Shown here: positions 12,245-25,136 of the stretch, in pieces
Layout of the letters: each line of letters begins with the position of its first letter
How positions within the stretch are numbered: the stretch's first letter is position 1
NCBI GenBank assembly: GCA_964106645.2
Contig: OZ067038.1
Origin: Podarcis pityusensis
Lineage: Eukaryota
Length of the DNA stretch: 64,000 nucleotides
Strand: one strand, 5' to 3'
Translations under genes and position numbers: made by a program
Notes under the pieces: generated by a model
The model's input: only the letters and a program-made list of their open reading frames with translations
Told to the model about the DNA's origin: nothing
Databases searched by the model: none

Positions 12245-13380
12245 TGGAGTTCTGTTTTTGCCAACCCGATTTCTCATACAAAGTTTACAACTCATTAAAA
12301 TGAAAAGCTTCTTTGATGTGTCTTGATCCAGCCAGAGTGTAGAAGAAGCAGCAGCTTTGTACAGTAGGAGTACAAGAAGTTGTGCTGACTTGCTTTGCCT
12401 AGTTCATAAAAGACTCTGAATTATGCTGGCTTTCTTTTGCTTGACGCATGCATCGTTTCCTCTTCAAGTGGAGAACAGGGAGCACCTCAGTAAGTGGATT
12501 AAATGGGTTGCCTTGCTTCAGCCGCAGTTTCCTTAAGTGCTACTGTGTCCTCCACTGAACTGCTGTTTTGTAACGTTTTGGAGGTGAAGCACGTTCCTTA
12601 GGGAACTGCAACAGCTTTCCCCTCCCATTGCAACAGCAGTTTAGAGGGGCTTTCCTCCGCCCTCTTGCTGCACCAGGAGAAAGACTTAAAAATCATATGC
12701 TAAAACCATTGTTAATGACATTGCTGGCCTTTCTCCTGCTCGTGTACCTATACCCAAAAAGACCTTTAGAAGAGAGAAGCCATTACCTGCAATCTATGCT
12801 ACGTGCACGTCACTGTGCATGATTGCTGATCAGTGCACACCCTGCTGCGTTTCCCCCCAAAGGGCAGTAATGTAAATGCTGCAGAGGATTTAGAGCTGCA
12901 CTCATAATTCATAATAAGCACAAGCTGAAGCCTCACTTTCTATGCTGCTATTTTGCAGTTACTGTAAAAGCTCGTTTTACAAATAAAGGGAAAGGGTGTA
13001 TTCCCAAAGCTGCTATAGCTAATATGGATGAACACACTGAAGCCTTTCTAGAAGGAAACAGAAGTCAAAGATAAGTCAGGGGAGCTTTTCCAGACAGTAT
13101 CACACGTGGAACACAAGCTGAAAATCTTCTTCTTCATTTGTTAAATCAGGGTGAGATCAGGCAGTGCTTGGTTTTGCAAATGAGAAATTATGAACTTCAT
13201 GCCTATCTGAAACTCATGTCCTCCTTCGTGGAAGTTTGCCCTGGGCAAATTATTTATTTATGAAAAATATTTATATACCACTATTTCATAAAAAGTTTAA
13301 AAGTCCTATTCCTGAATCAGAAACTAGATTTCAATGAACACAAGGATGAAGATGAAATCTCACTCAGTGTATGGATTCAC

Positions 13381-13515
13381 CAGTCTTTCCCAACCTGGTG
13401 CCCTTCAGATGTTTTGGATCAAAACTCCCACCAGTGCTGACCTGCACAATGCTGACTAGGGCTGATGAGAGTTGCAGTCCTGAACATGTGCAGGACACTA
13501 GGTTGGAGACAGCTG
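13381..13515. mobile_element. Palindromic hAT-like MITE (same family)
   Basis: CAGTCTTTCCCAACCTGGTGCCC...GGACACTAGGTTGGAGACAGCTG arms. Confidence 0.75.
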
Positions 13516-14424
13516 GGCTACATTATACACATATATCACTTCTTGCATTCCTTTAAGTGTCAAGGTGCCTTGCAATTGGATTTTGATTTTATAGTAAAAT
13601 CCACATAACAGCACAATCCTAGGCATGTTTAGTCAGATGTCTCAATGGGCCTTACTCTCAGTTGCATGGGATTGCAAACTAAGTCTTCATTGAAGATATG
13701 CCCTAAGAAAAACTAAAACTAGTTATGTCTAGGAAACTGTTATCAAAGGAAATGATAACATGAAGAAAACTTCATGTTTTGGCCTCAAGCAGAGTCAAGA
13801 AACATGTGTTGAGAGGCAAGTGAAGTCCTCCATGTGAAACTGGCTAAGAAAGCTTTCCTAACAACAGCTTATGGAGGTGGTGAATGGTGATCTTAAATGG
13901 GGCTCTTGCATTGTCCCCCCACATTTGTTACACTCCCTCCACTATGGACAGCATTTCTCTGGCCTTTATTTGCTTTCCTCCCACAACTCACTCATTAGCT
14001 ACGCTATGATAGTGAAGCAAGAACAGTGGTGTGGTGTCAGTAGCAATAGGAGGTAAAATATGAGGATCTGGTGGGTAAATCTGAGAATCAAAAGGCCATA
14101 GATGATAACATCAAGAAATAACAATAGCTAAAGCATGGGGAGACTTATTCTACATGAAATACTTGGTTGGAAACATCTGATCTTTTTCTGTGTCATTGCA
14201 CTGGGGTCTCTTATTGGTAAGTGTGACAAGCAGAACACTACAATAGAGTGATATAGTTATCAAGGTAAAATAATAATAATGTGGAAATACATTGAAATGT
14301 GTATGGAAACTGAGTGGAGAAAGAGCATAGAATCCTTGACAAAGGCCAGCTCTGTCAAACAGAGAAATAACAGCATTTAATTTGCACCAAATAAATATAC
14401 CATGAAGCGTATGAGCAAATCACA

Positions 14425-14720
14425 TCATCATCATCATAATCATCTCACCTTATTCCCCAAACTGGGATTTAAGGCAGCTCACAAAATTAAAAGAAATAGA
14501 GATAAAACACACATAGCTAAAAATGTGTAAAAGTTTATTGTCAAAACTATCTATGGAATTAAAACAATGTAAAACATTAATATGCAGATGATGATGATAA
14601 TAAAAAACCAGTACAGCACAGTATTAAGAATCCTTTTCTTAAAAGCAGTAAGTCCCTAATAGCCTGCAAGAAAAGAAGACTTCACCTGCCAGTGGAAGGA
14701 CAACAAGGAGGGAGCCAGTC
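14425..14720 (-). mobile_element. L2-like LINE 3' end
   Basis: Plus strand shows (CAT)n, then AAGGCAGCTCACAA, an A-rich stretch and CTTCACCTGCCAGTGGAAGGACAACAAGGAGGGAGCC. Confidence 0.55.
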
Positions 14721-15689
14721 AGGTTAAAGCACACTGGCAAATGCACTAAACTGGCAGTGACTGCCAAGCTGGGGGAATCCTTATGCATTATGGTCTGGTT
14801 GGTGCCCTATACTAGTGCCTGTCTGAGAATCACCATGGGTTACATGACCGGTGGGCTATAAATGTAAAAAAGTAAATCCTATACGGAATGGAAGTTTTTG
14901 TGAACATTTTACGTGTGGAAGTTTGGTCCAATAAACACCATCTTTGCCCATTTTATGCCTGTCATTCGCAGCGCAGTACCAGCTTTCTTTCTGTCAAGGA
15001 ATATGGAAGTAAGAGGAGGAATGAGACAGGACTCCCTGCCCAACCCTAGAGAGTGGTGGTGCTTTTGTTTCTTGCAGTTTTGCAAAACTCCAGACTATTC
15101 TCCCTCGCCCAAGAAAGCATCATAATGTAAAACATTGCTTTGGGGCTGGAGATAGAAAAACTAGGACACCACAGTTTGGAAAATGCTCAGTGCTGCATAA
15201 AATATTCACTATCAAATGAAACAGGTTTACCCAAAGGAAGGGATGCCAGAGAGGGAAAGGAGAAGGAAGGGGAATAAATTTAACTGTCCTGGACTATGGA
15301 TGGTTACTCCACAGTCTCATTAATTACTGCAATTTCATGTATCTTAGGAAATATGTATTTCAATGGTAGTTCCAGTAATATGCCTTATTGTATAACCATA
15401 AATCAAAAGAGCATAAAATTATTAAAACAGTTACAAAAAACAAGGAATAAAAGAGTTTAAACAAGAAAAAAGCAACAGTTAAAAATTAATAATGATCAGA
15501 AATATCAATATGTGCCCTTCTGGTTCACATACTGGTTTTTCCATGACATTGCAAGCCTGTGTGTACCCAAAAATGGACATAATATTTTACCATGAATAAA
15601 ACATATTACTATTTCTATTTCTATTTAGGAATCACCTAATAAATTCAGTGCTGCTGCTTCTTGTCTGCTGAATGTGAACAGTACACATT

Positions 15690-16063
15690 CTAGGATACAT
15701 CAAGTAAACAGATTTCTGTGGATTCCAGTGCAAACTGACCAGATCACATCCCAGACTAACATGTGGATTGGAGTGTAATTATCCTTCAGATTTCATACTT
15801 ATCTGAATTTTTGTGGTACAAAAATGTATCAAAACATGTTTTCAGATGTATATTAGGATAAAATACATTTAGAAATGCAATTAGATTGAGATAAAAAAAT
15901 GTATTTAAACACGAGTTTTGGATAAAATATGTTAAAGGTGCATATTTCATGCAGACTTTTAAATAAAAAAATGCAGATTAATGAAGAAATGGGACAGAAT
16001 TGACTTAGGATGTCAGAACACGTTTGAAATCAATACAGACCAGAAATAGACTGATTTATACCT
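15690..16063. mobile_element. Old AT-rich DNA-transposon-like relic
   Basis: AT-rich core with AAATGCA/ATATT motifs and ...GAAATGGGACAGAATTGACTTAGGAT, resembling a common lizard MITE family (recognised from memory). Confidence 0.35.
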
Positions 16064-17306
16064 AATAGGAGCTACATCATGTTACAGATTCATCCTTGTT
16101 AAACAAATGCAGCTGTTTTGTGTAAGCATGACCAAGGATGCTCATTCTCCATATACTCTCTGTCATCTGTTCCTCAAAGAAAGAAGCCTGTGTTGGATGT
16201 TTCTGTCCAAGGCAATGAACTTGCTGTTCCTCCATTCTCCAGCATAATTGCAAAATGTATAATAATGTTACTGTCTAGAACATAGCAGCAATGTAGTAGG
16301 GTTGCAGAAGGGGCAAAGCATTGTCAAGTAGAGTTATCCATCATGCATGTGTTCTATAAGCTTGGGGAAATATGTTGAACAATGCCAGTCTCTTCAAAGG
16401 CAGCCTTATTTCCTTGTCAGAAGGCAGCAAAGCAAAGCAAAGGTCAAACGATAGAGTAATTCCAACTCTTCCCCATGTCTCCTCAATGCCACTCTCTCCT
16501 CATTTCCCTTCTACAGCATCTCAGAATTTGATGGTGAGCTTGAAAGGAACAAGATCAGATGAATAGGCCAAGTGAAATGTGCGAATATGAGATATGGAGG
16601 GGAAACCCCATGGCTTTTCCCCCTTTAGCTTTTTTCATTTCTTATCAAGGTACAAACAGCCCCCAAAGCAGGTACAGGGATCGCAAAGTGAGAGAAAGAT
16701 TTCTAAGTAGAATGTTTCATTATAAGTACAAGTGGGATGTAATAGGACCTCTCTAGCTGAAGTATAGATGCCTAAGGGCTAGCTCACACATTTTAGAGCT
16801 GTCAGCTCTGCACACACAGTGAGCCTGCACATCCCCCCGCCTCCAATGCAACAAGATGTATTTGCACACAGGTATACACACACAAAGTCCCAAATTATAT
16901 TATTTCTTCATCCATTTTTAAGATGGAAGGATCATGGGCATCAGGCATACACACAGGTAGGTGTGTCTATGCAGGTAAGCTGTCCCACAAAGTATACACT
17001 CATTGTGGGCACTAAACTAGAGTGCCTGTAGGCTTGCTGGATTCAGTCTTGTATCCAAGGGTGTTTCCAGATGAACCCTTTTAGAGCATTCCCCCCATGG
17101 TTTCTTCCTGTCATTCTTTCCATCTTTCTTTCACAAGGCATCCATCCATTGGCTCAGGTGTGGATGCTTCTTTGCATTTTACTCTTCTGGTTTTGATGTG
17201 GGTTGTAATGCTCTTAGAAGGCATGCTCCTCTCTTTTAGTTCACCTGATTGCAACTGAGCCAATTTGTTCTGGTCCACCATTACTGCCAGGTGTGCTTTT
17301 ACTTTT

Positions 17307-17869
17307 TGTACATGTATTAGTTCTGAAAAGCTCTTTGTTCAGGCCCTCTAAATAATGAACATGATCAAGTTTTGCTTTATTTGTTTGTTTGTTTGTTTGT
17401 TTGTTTTTAAAGGGAGGTCCTGTGTGTCATGTTCTATGAGCACGTGGTCAAAGGGGAAGGCCAGTAGTGTGCCATCCAGAGGTCAAGGCACGCAGATCAT
17501 TTGCACAACCTTGGAGAGATCTAACAGTCCTATTATGCTAGCATTGTGAGACGTTGTCTCCACAGTGCCTAGCTCCAAATGAAGTCTTGTGTACATTAGC
17601 AGGGCTATAATGCAGTAAATCCCACCTCCCCCGAACAACTGGTTCATCTTCGCCTTATTCTGGAGTCTTTGGCTCCTGTGGGCTGGAGAGTTAAGGGTAC
17701 CATGGGAGACTCCTCCTTTGAAACAGAGGAGGGTGACAAGACCGTGTCCTTTACTTAGGAGCATTCTGAAGATGGTCCTAGCAGTTCTTCCCCCAAAAAC
17801 AAAGCTGGAGCCTCATCAGTCTCTGAGTCTGCCAGACAGTGCATGGTGTCTGGATCATGGGTCATGACA
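17307..17869 (-). mobile_element. Old solo-LTR-like relic
   Basis: Minus strand starts TGTCATGACCC and ends ...ACA at 17307. AATAAA (17376-17381) lies 69 bp from that end, versus 68 bp in the young LTRs. Confidence 0.45.
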
Positions 17870-18119
17870 TTTTCTCTCTCTAATAAACCACATTAATAAA
17901 CAGTTCCAACCTTCAGCATGAAGAAGTATTTTACATTAATGATGTTATGGAACACATAGGCTGCTTTTTTCACTTGTGTAATGCACATTACGTGTGTATG
18001 TTGCAGTGAATAACTTATATTGTTTGACAGCAAATGGGAACTTTTTTTTAAGGGCAAAGAATTCTAAAGTGTCATAATTTCAACATTCAAAAAGGCAGAC
18101 TTACTTTGTATATGACACT

Positions 18120-18510
18120 CCCTACCCGACTGCTATTGCTGTTGATGTTGATCATGGTCTACATGTGAAATTTGCTTGTATGTTGTGCAATTGCACAAAG
18201 TTAATGTTGCAGAGGACAATGGTGCTCTACCTCTACCAACCATCAACTTTGGACTTGATTATTCTTTCATACTTGGCAATGAGGGACTATTTTGATGCAT
18301 TGAGACCCAAGTCACTTCATTTCCATGATGAAGCCTGGATGAAAGAAGCATAAGCTACAAGTAATGAGCCAGTGGGAAGTGCCCTTGAATGAATGCCTGT
18401 ACTATTGTAAATAAACATTTTGGAGCTATGTTGAATTCTTTTTGATGCATTTCCAATCCATGTGATCACTACTAGACTCTACATCAGCCTGTACCTGTTG
18501 ACCCAGCCAA
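18120..18510 (+). pseudogene. Highly decayed PIF/Harbinger (DDE_Tnp_4/HARBI1-like) transposase fragment
   Basis: Colinear motifs IAVDV (18135), then after a frameshift EDNGALPLP (18212), YSFILGNEG (18260) and FP**SLDERSISYK (18320), later LDSTSACTC. These follow the recalled Harbinger order FIAVDVG..LENGTLNLP..YVFVGDEAF..PFPRRGLDERRRIFNYR..DSIIKACC. Confidence 0.4.
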
Positions 18511-18730
18511 TAGGTGAACTTGTGGTGTTGACACTGAAAAACGGACCTGAACAAACACAAGTGAGATGCTGCCTGGGTGGGTGGATGTTACTCATCTTGT
18601 AGTAATGCTTGACTTGTACTGATTTGATTTCAGTTAGTTTTGCCACCCTCCAAACAGTCCCTGCGTATGTTTAATAGATGTATGACAGGTCAAAATTCCA
18701 GTATGGTTTCAAATTTGATGGGGAACCGCG

Positions 18731-18824
18731 TGTTGAGATTCCTACATTACAGGGGGTTGGAATTGATGACCCTTGGGATCCCTTCCAACTCCACAATTTT
18801 ATGACTCACATGCTATGATTCTGT
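18731..18824 (+). mobile_element. Short CR1 3' end
   Basis: GAGATTCCT...GGGGGTTGGA..TGATGACCCTTGGGATCCCTTCCAACTC, followed by degenerate TATGATTC tail units. Confidence 0.75.
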
Positions 18825-20251
18825 AAAAGCTTTTTCTTGTATATCACTTTGATTTTCTTAAAATATGATTTTTTTTCTTATTTTGCAACCATTGCAGCCA
18901 CATACACTTCAGTGCACCACAACTGCATTTTTAAGATACAGTCAGCTGTACGCCTGTTAAATATGAAGATCAAATGATCTTGTGAGCTGATGTAACTGGC
19001 AGCTATTGAAGCACACAAATATGACAACAATGCAATTATTAAAGAAAAGTGTTTTGGTTTTGAATGAAAATCTGTGTATTTCTCCGTCTTGAGCATAAAT
19101 AAAGGTCTACAAGGCAGGTAAAAAAAGACTATATGTCCTAATCAACCTCCTTATGAGCCCCTGAGATAAATAACCCTCCTATATCTAATTGGCAGGAGCT
19201 GTCTTATTGGATTAATAACGCTGGCTGCAGTCCTGCCTGGCTTCCAGAAGGGTGACTTCTCTGGGGTCACCAGTGCTGAGAAGCCTTCCCTCTGCAGCAA
19301 GTGTTAACGATGCCACTTACAACCAACACCTCCAAAGCCTGTGCTCTCCTTGGGGGATTTCTGCAGTTGGCTTGAGATGATGTCAGCTTGTGATTTACCA
19401 GGGTTTCCCCCCCCCCGCCCCCCAACCTTCCCCAGCACTAGACACCTTTATCTGTGTTAGGCCTTTGCCGAGATGCAACGAAGCATGGCTGCTGGAAGAC
19501 AAAAGATGGCTGTCTAAACAACATGGGCACACCACCTTTGACATATGTATGCAGTTTGTTGGCCAGCAACAGCACATGTGCTGGTCCATAATTAGGTAAT
19601 CTGGCAGTTTGCCAGCATATAGAAAACATTAGCCAAGGGACAAAAACACCTGCCTCTAAGCTCAAAAAAATCCTCAAAAAATTCAATAGGCTCTGAAGCA
19701 GGTGGTGAATCCACAAGGTAACAAAGCTTGATGGACCCTTAAAAAAGACAGATACAGTACAGTACTTGTTCAATATATGCATACTTTACTACTCTGTGTT
19801 CTTGTCTTGCTGACCTTGGCTGATGATTAATGCTTTTTCTGTGGTGTACATAGCAGCATCCTTTATACAAACCCTCTGGCACAACACTGGAAAGAAGGCC
19901 ATTCGTGATGCAAAGGGAATGGGGCTAGCGCAAACCATGACTACCCCGCTCATTGCTTTGTTGCTTTCGTAAAAGTTTTTTTGAATTCTTGAATGCCAAA
20001 ATATGTGGTTTTAAAACAACCTTTCAGATATCAACCTATGCGCATGGCATAATCCTCTAAACAAGGCAGATAATGTGCCCGGGTGGGGGGTGGATTGCTA
20101 GAAACTGCAACCTCTACTCAACAGCCAGAAACACCTCCGTTTCCCACAGTTCTTTCTATCCCATCAATTGCACTGTACTGAGTGTTCGTGCTAAATTTCA
20201 CATTTGGCATGTTTAAGATATAAAAGAAGAATGCTTATTTTAAAATTCTAT

Positions 20252-20580
20252 GGGCAATATCCATCTAAGTCACACTTGGAGGAGACCTACTGAAACCAAT
20301 GTACTTAATTCAGGTAGATAGTCATGTTGGTCTCACGCAGCCGAAGGGAAAAAAATTGTCCAGTAGCACCTTAGAGACCAGCTAAGTTTGTTCTGGGTAT
20401 AAGCTTTCGTACCTGTATCAGAAGAAGTGTGCATGCACACAAAAGCTTATACCCAGAACAAACTTAGTTGGTCTCTAAGGTGCTACTGTACATTTTTTTT
20501 TTAATTTCAATGTACTTAGGTTAGTCAAGTCCATGTATTTTCATAGGTCTACCTGAGTAAGACTAATATTGATATCGCTC
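20252..20580. mobile_element. Old palindromic MITE hosting the Penelope insertion
   Basis: Left arm ...TAAGTCACACTTGGAGGAGACCTACTGAAA is an imperfect inverted repeat of the right arm TTTCATAGGTCTACCTGAGTAAGACTA. Confidence 0.55.
20308..20507. mobile_element. Penelope-like retroelement relic (inverted pseudo-LTR ends) with 11-bp TSD
   Basis: Inverted arms CAGTAGCACCTTAGAGACCA.CTAAGTTTGTTCTGGGTATAAGCTTT / AAAGCTTATACCCAGAACAAACTTAGTTGGTCTCTAAGGTGCTACTG, flanked by the direct repeat CAATGTACTTA (20297-20307 / 20508-20518). Confidence 0.8.
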
Positions 20581-23500
20581 TATAACATTCCATGAATCTT
20601 CATTTTGTATGACCACATAAATATATTTTATAACATTGCAAATGATGGCTTACTTATTCTCATTGTATTTTCAGTGTCATGGGTTGTCTTCATATTGGGT
20701 ACATCATTCATGTTAAGGGAAGTGTCATTCCTAATCTAAATCCAAGGACATAGGACAGGCCTGTGATATATGAGTCTGTCCCATTATTGAGGACTGGAAA
20801 CAGCCTACTTTAGTTACAGCAAGGTGACAGCTAAGTGTGTTTGCTTGCATTCATACTTCAGTGTCCATTTAAGGACTAGAAATATCTGAAAAACTCAGCT
20901 ACATTGACACATCCAATTGCCGAATACCCCTGCAGAGGAGACGATGGTGCAATGAAGGGGGGCGGGGAGAATACATTTTCCACTGTAAAAAGTGGCAATA
21001 GCATTGTTGTTTTTAATGCAAACAAAATCTGTTCTTATATAAGATATAGATTCTTGTTGGACCAGTTTGAATCTTATAGATTGTAAGAACTGGTGCACAT
21101 AAGCAGCCGCTCCTAAAATCCAATGGAAAACTCACAGAAAGAGGGGCTAACTTTTTCCTTCTGGCATTGATATTCAGTCTTAAAATAAGTTTTACAGTTG
21201 AGTCATTGGTATTTTGGTACTGATGTTTCCTCCAGGTCTATTCATGATTCTAACACAGAAATGTCACTTCCCATACTTTTGTGCAACTTGGTATGGACTT
21301 TTCTTGAGTTTTATCATTGCAGAGCTAGGACTAATATGCATTGGTCGTATCATCCCAGCTTGACAGGGTGCAAGTCATTCCTTGCACCACTATAGCTCAA
21401 GCAAATCCACAGAATTCCTGTGTCAGTTTCCCAGTAAGATCACACAGTCCAGGACACAAGTGTGCTGACAGAGCAGCATCTGCATGCTCCATAATAAGAA
21501 ATAATGGAGGGCAAAATCAGGAAGGGCAAGTTATATCTGGAGTTTGGAACAGAGGACTCATCCACACTCCCACCCCCAATGATTTCTTCTGTTTGTCCCA
21601 TGATTTGTAGTCATGCCAATCCAAAGAAAAGCAGATTGATGTTTGTTCTGATTCAACAGTAAACATGTTATTCTCTTGGACCCATGACTAGAAATCAAGA
21701 GAAGTGTGGATGAGCCCTGAGTCTCTGGCAAATTAATATGAAAAGGAACCACCAGCTGGGAGATGCCAGCATAGGATAGCACTGGTGAAGCTATGCAGAG
21801 ACAGGCCTCATCTTTTTCATACATTAATTCAAACAGACATATTTTTTTATTTTTTTACATCCTGTGTATTATTCCGCAACTTGGGCTTTTTCTCTCCACA
21901 TGCCTTTGGCAGAAGGTCTGATTGAGTGTATCTCAGCGTGACTCTCAGAATCACTGCACAGACCTTAAAGAACATGACAAGAACAAAGCTTCTCACAGCT
22001 GGGACACACCAGAATGTCGTAGTGGATGTGACGCCAACAAAACCCCGTTTCCCCAGGAGATATAGCTGCTGTATTATGCCACAAAGCCTCCCAGATCTCT
22101 CAAGGGAATGATGGTAGCAGCAATATTTCTGTGTTCCTAGGCACTGAGCCCAAGGGAGACCTAATCCAAATCTATCTCATGACACATAAGCCTTGAATGT
22201 CATGTACCCACCTCTCTCTCTCTTTTTTGCCATTTGCGCATTTCCCTAGGAGAACTCAGCTGACATATGGCATCAGTTTTCAGCAAGGTTTCTGCTTTTT
22301 ACCCAATTTTCCAGCTGGATTGATTGAGGTGCAAAGGGGTCAAGTGGCTTTTGCCCAAGGCTCCCAGACATACATTCAGTCAGCTGGGCAGCATTAGATC
22401 CCAGACACTTCAAATCATTCAGTCCTTTGGACCTAATGGCTATGCTCCAGAAGCTCTCACCTGTACACACAGGGCATGCACAGTGCCTCCAGGACCAGAA
22501 CCACCATTTCTTTGACCCTAAAAAAAAATTACATGCATAGAACAAGATAGCTATCAAGGTGCTATGGCAGGGAAAAGGAAGAGCTGGGAGGAGGGAAGAA
22601 TAATGAGGGCTCAGCTAAAGTGGGGAATGTCATGTAGGAAACGGTATGTGCTAAATATTAGGCAGTGCCTGTAATCACTTCAAGGAGAATGTGATCGCTT
22701 TAACAAGAATGATTTCCAAGCATGCGCCATTGGCTTGGACAGGCAGTACTGTGCACCTTGCTCAGTCCAAATGAGAAACAGAAACAGAAACAATAATTTC
22801 TGGTTAAAAAAAAAAAGCATCAGAATGCTCCTACTCCCAAGCTGACCTCCACCCACACAGAGAAGAGGCAGCAGTCTATATTTATTCCTTTATTCCTAAT
22901 AGTGATGTAGAGAGGGGGACATCAAACACACATACATGCACCACAGCAACTCGGTGTCAAGCAAGCAGTTTAGCCAAGCATGTGTGGCGAAGGTGCTGCT
23001 TATACATTCTGAGGGGAGGAAATTGCCATAAGGAAAACAAAAAGACTTCTCTGGGTAAGGTTTGTAGACTGAACAGCTGTCAAAGCCTAAGCGCCAGCCA
23101 ACATCGCTCTGTTTTCTTTCTGCCAGAGGACTGTTGAAGGCCCATTTTCCCTATTTGGAGCGGCCTCATCACAATGGCAGGGAGAAGCAACACAGAAGCA
23201 GAAAATACAGTTGCAAACTGAGATGTCTACCTTAGAAAACCTTGGTGTCCTGTCACCCCTTTGCCCCTCCCCCCTCTTTATGGTTGAAGGAGTGTATGTG
23301 ACAAGGGAAAGGGAAAGTTTTCAAGGGGTTTTTGCTATAAGAGGTTCATTTGTTCCCTTGTTATGCTCAGCTTAGACTCTAATGACTAGTTGCAAGATCT
23401 CAAGAAATTATGTGCTCCTCCAAACCCATGCGCAAAACGATTTGCAGAGGCTAGCCATTCAGGAATCTAAATCATTCACTAAAAAATTTGCACTATTACC

Positions 23501-24380
23501 TCTATAGTTTAATGCCCTCTTTCTTTGAATGTCATACATGCCATCCTTTCATAGGCACAGATTCCTGTTTTAATCAGTCTGGTAAAAGAAAAGTTGGCCA
23601 GCGATGGTCAGAGGCTCTTAAATTTCTATGGCATATTTTGTGCTGAACCCAAAGTTCATGAAACCTGGAAAGAGAAGCTGTTGTGAATGGACTCATCCAC
23701 ATTTCCTCTTTTCCTGCTGCTTTCCTCTGGGGGAAATCACTCTTTAGTGCTCAGAGAAAATGACATTTTGGTGGCAGTTGTGTGTGTTTGAACATGAAAC
23801 GTGGTCCAATCATGTAGAAAGAAGAACTAGGATATTATTTTAACAGCAAAACCTACGTGGCTCTTCTTCTTCCACCTTTACATTTACTTCAGGTTAAGTT
23901 CCTAAGCAACCTATGTTAACATCATATTGTCTCCTATTAGCCAACCAGAAGCAAAGGAAGTGCCTCCTCATTATGTAGGGGCCCTTTCCTGACTTGTTTC
24001 ACAGACAAGTTTAACTTTCTTTTACTCTTGTTTGGTGTGGACAGAGGAGAGCAAGAAACTCTTCGCTCTGCAGTTTGAAAAGTTTTGAGGAGGACAGAAC
24101 TGGGAAACCAATTATCTCTTCTCACTCTCTTTTTCCTCTAGGACTATATCATAAAAAAACCTAGTCAGCTAAGCAGATTATGAGCCCTACAGTGAAAGAG
24201 AGTAGCTGAGAGATGCAGAAGTCTTGAGACTATTATGCTGAACCCAAGCGCCGGCAGGAGAGATTGTGCAAATGAATTTGGAGGATAGTTTGCTGCTGCT
24301 TCCAATAGCAATGGCCAGACTTATGACCTAAAATGGAGGGGGGGGGGAGATACTGCTTTTGCTCTTCCTAAGATAGTTGT

Positions 24381-25136
24381 TGTCAGAGTTGCTTCCAGAT
24401 CCTAGCTCACAGAGGATCACGCTAGCCAGCGATCATTAAATAAAAGTCTTTATTGAGTTACAGTTTCCATTCTCAAGCTGCTGCGTGCAACCCTACGTCT
24501 AATGGTTAGATCGGCGAAGCTCCGTCTGAGTCTCCGCCCCTTGTACACCAACTTAATATCCTAGCCCTGCTCCACCTTTTCCGCCTGACTGTTCTTCTCT
24601 GGGTCCCTCTGCCCCCCGGGGTCTCTTCCTTCCGGGATTCCGCTGACGCTGACCCCCCTGACTCTTCTCCCTCCTTTCGGCGGGCTTTAGGACCTGGCTC
24701 CCTTTCCGGGCTGCCTACTGCGCCACCTTCCTGTGCATTTGAACTTGGCGCGCGCGCCCAACCTTCCACCTTCCGTCTGACCGTTTCTTCGCTCCCCGAT
24801 GGAGGTGTGGCCACTCCTGACTCGTGCCCTCCCCCCTGTTGTGAGCTGCCAGCGCTTGATCCCTGGCGCCCTTCCTCTTCCCTGCTCTCTGGCGGTGACG
24901 CCGGTCCCGATTTCCAACTGCTCCCCTCTGAGTCCCCTCTGGCTCTATCTTCCTGGGGTGTCCCCCTAGGCTCCCCCCTTGCCCTGGCCACTGGTGCTCC
25001 TTTCTGTGAATCTTCTGATTCACTGGAAAGACTCGGAGATCTCGGGTCGTCGTCATCACTCATCTTTTCTTCTGCCTCCTCCCCCTCGCTCTCTGTTTCC
25101 TCCCTTGCCCTTGCCTCTGCTCCTGAACCCCTGACA
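24381..25136 (-). mobile_element. Young solo LTR, copy 1 (756 bp, probably Gypsy-like)
   Basis: TGTCAG...CTGACA termini and a perfect 5-bp TSD GTTGT (24376-24380 / 25137-25141). Minus-strand AATAAA at 24449-24454 near the 3' end. CpG-rich. Confidence 0.9.
24506..25063 (-). CDS. Hypothetical LTR-encoded low-complexity protein (MSDDDDPRSPSLSSESED...RRTVRRKRWSRARILSW...), 185 aa from the internal ATG
   Basis: The frame is open from the first codon of the LTR to TAA at 24506-24508. Internal ATG at 25063 has A at -3. The frame is preserved in copy 2. Confidence 0.35.
   Translation of the reverse strand: MSDDDDPRSPSLSSESEDSQKGAPVARARGEPRGTPQEDRARGDSEGSSWKSGPASPPESREEEGRQGSSAGSSQQGGGHESGVATPPSGSEETVRRKVEGWARAPSSNAQEGGAVGSPEREPGPKARRKEGEESGGSASAESRKEETPGGRGTQRRTVRRKRWSRARILSWCTRGGDSDGASPI

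Noticed and set aside
16340-16368. Minus-strand KLIEH-like peptide as BRSK2 exon 3
   Set aside because: Only five residues match, the flanking sequence diverges and there are no suitable splice sites.
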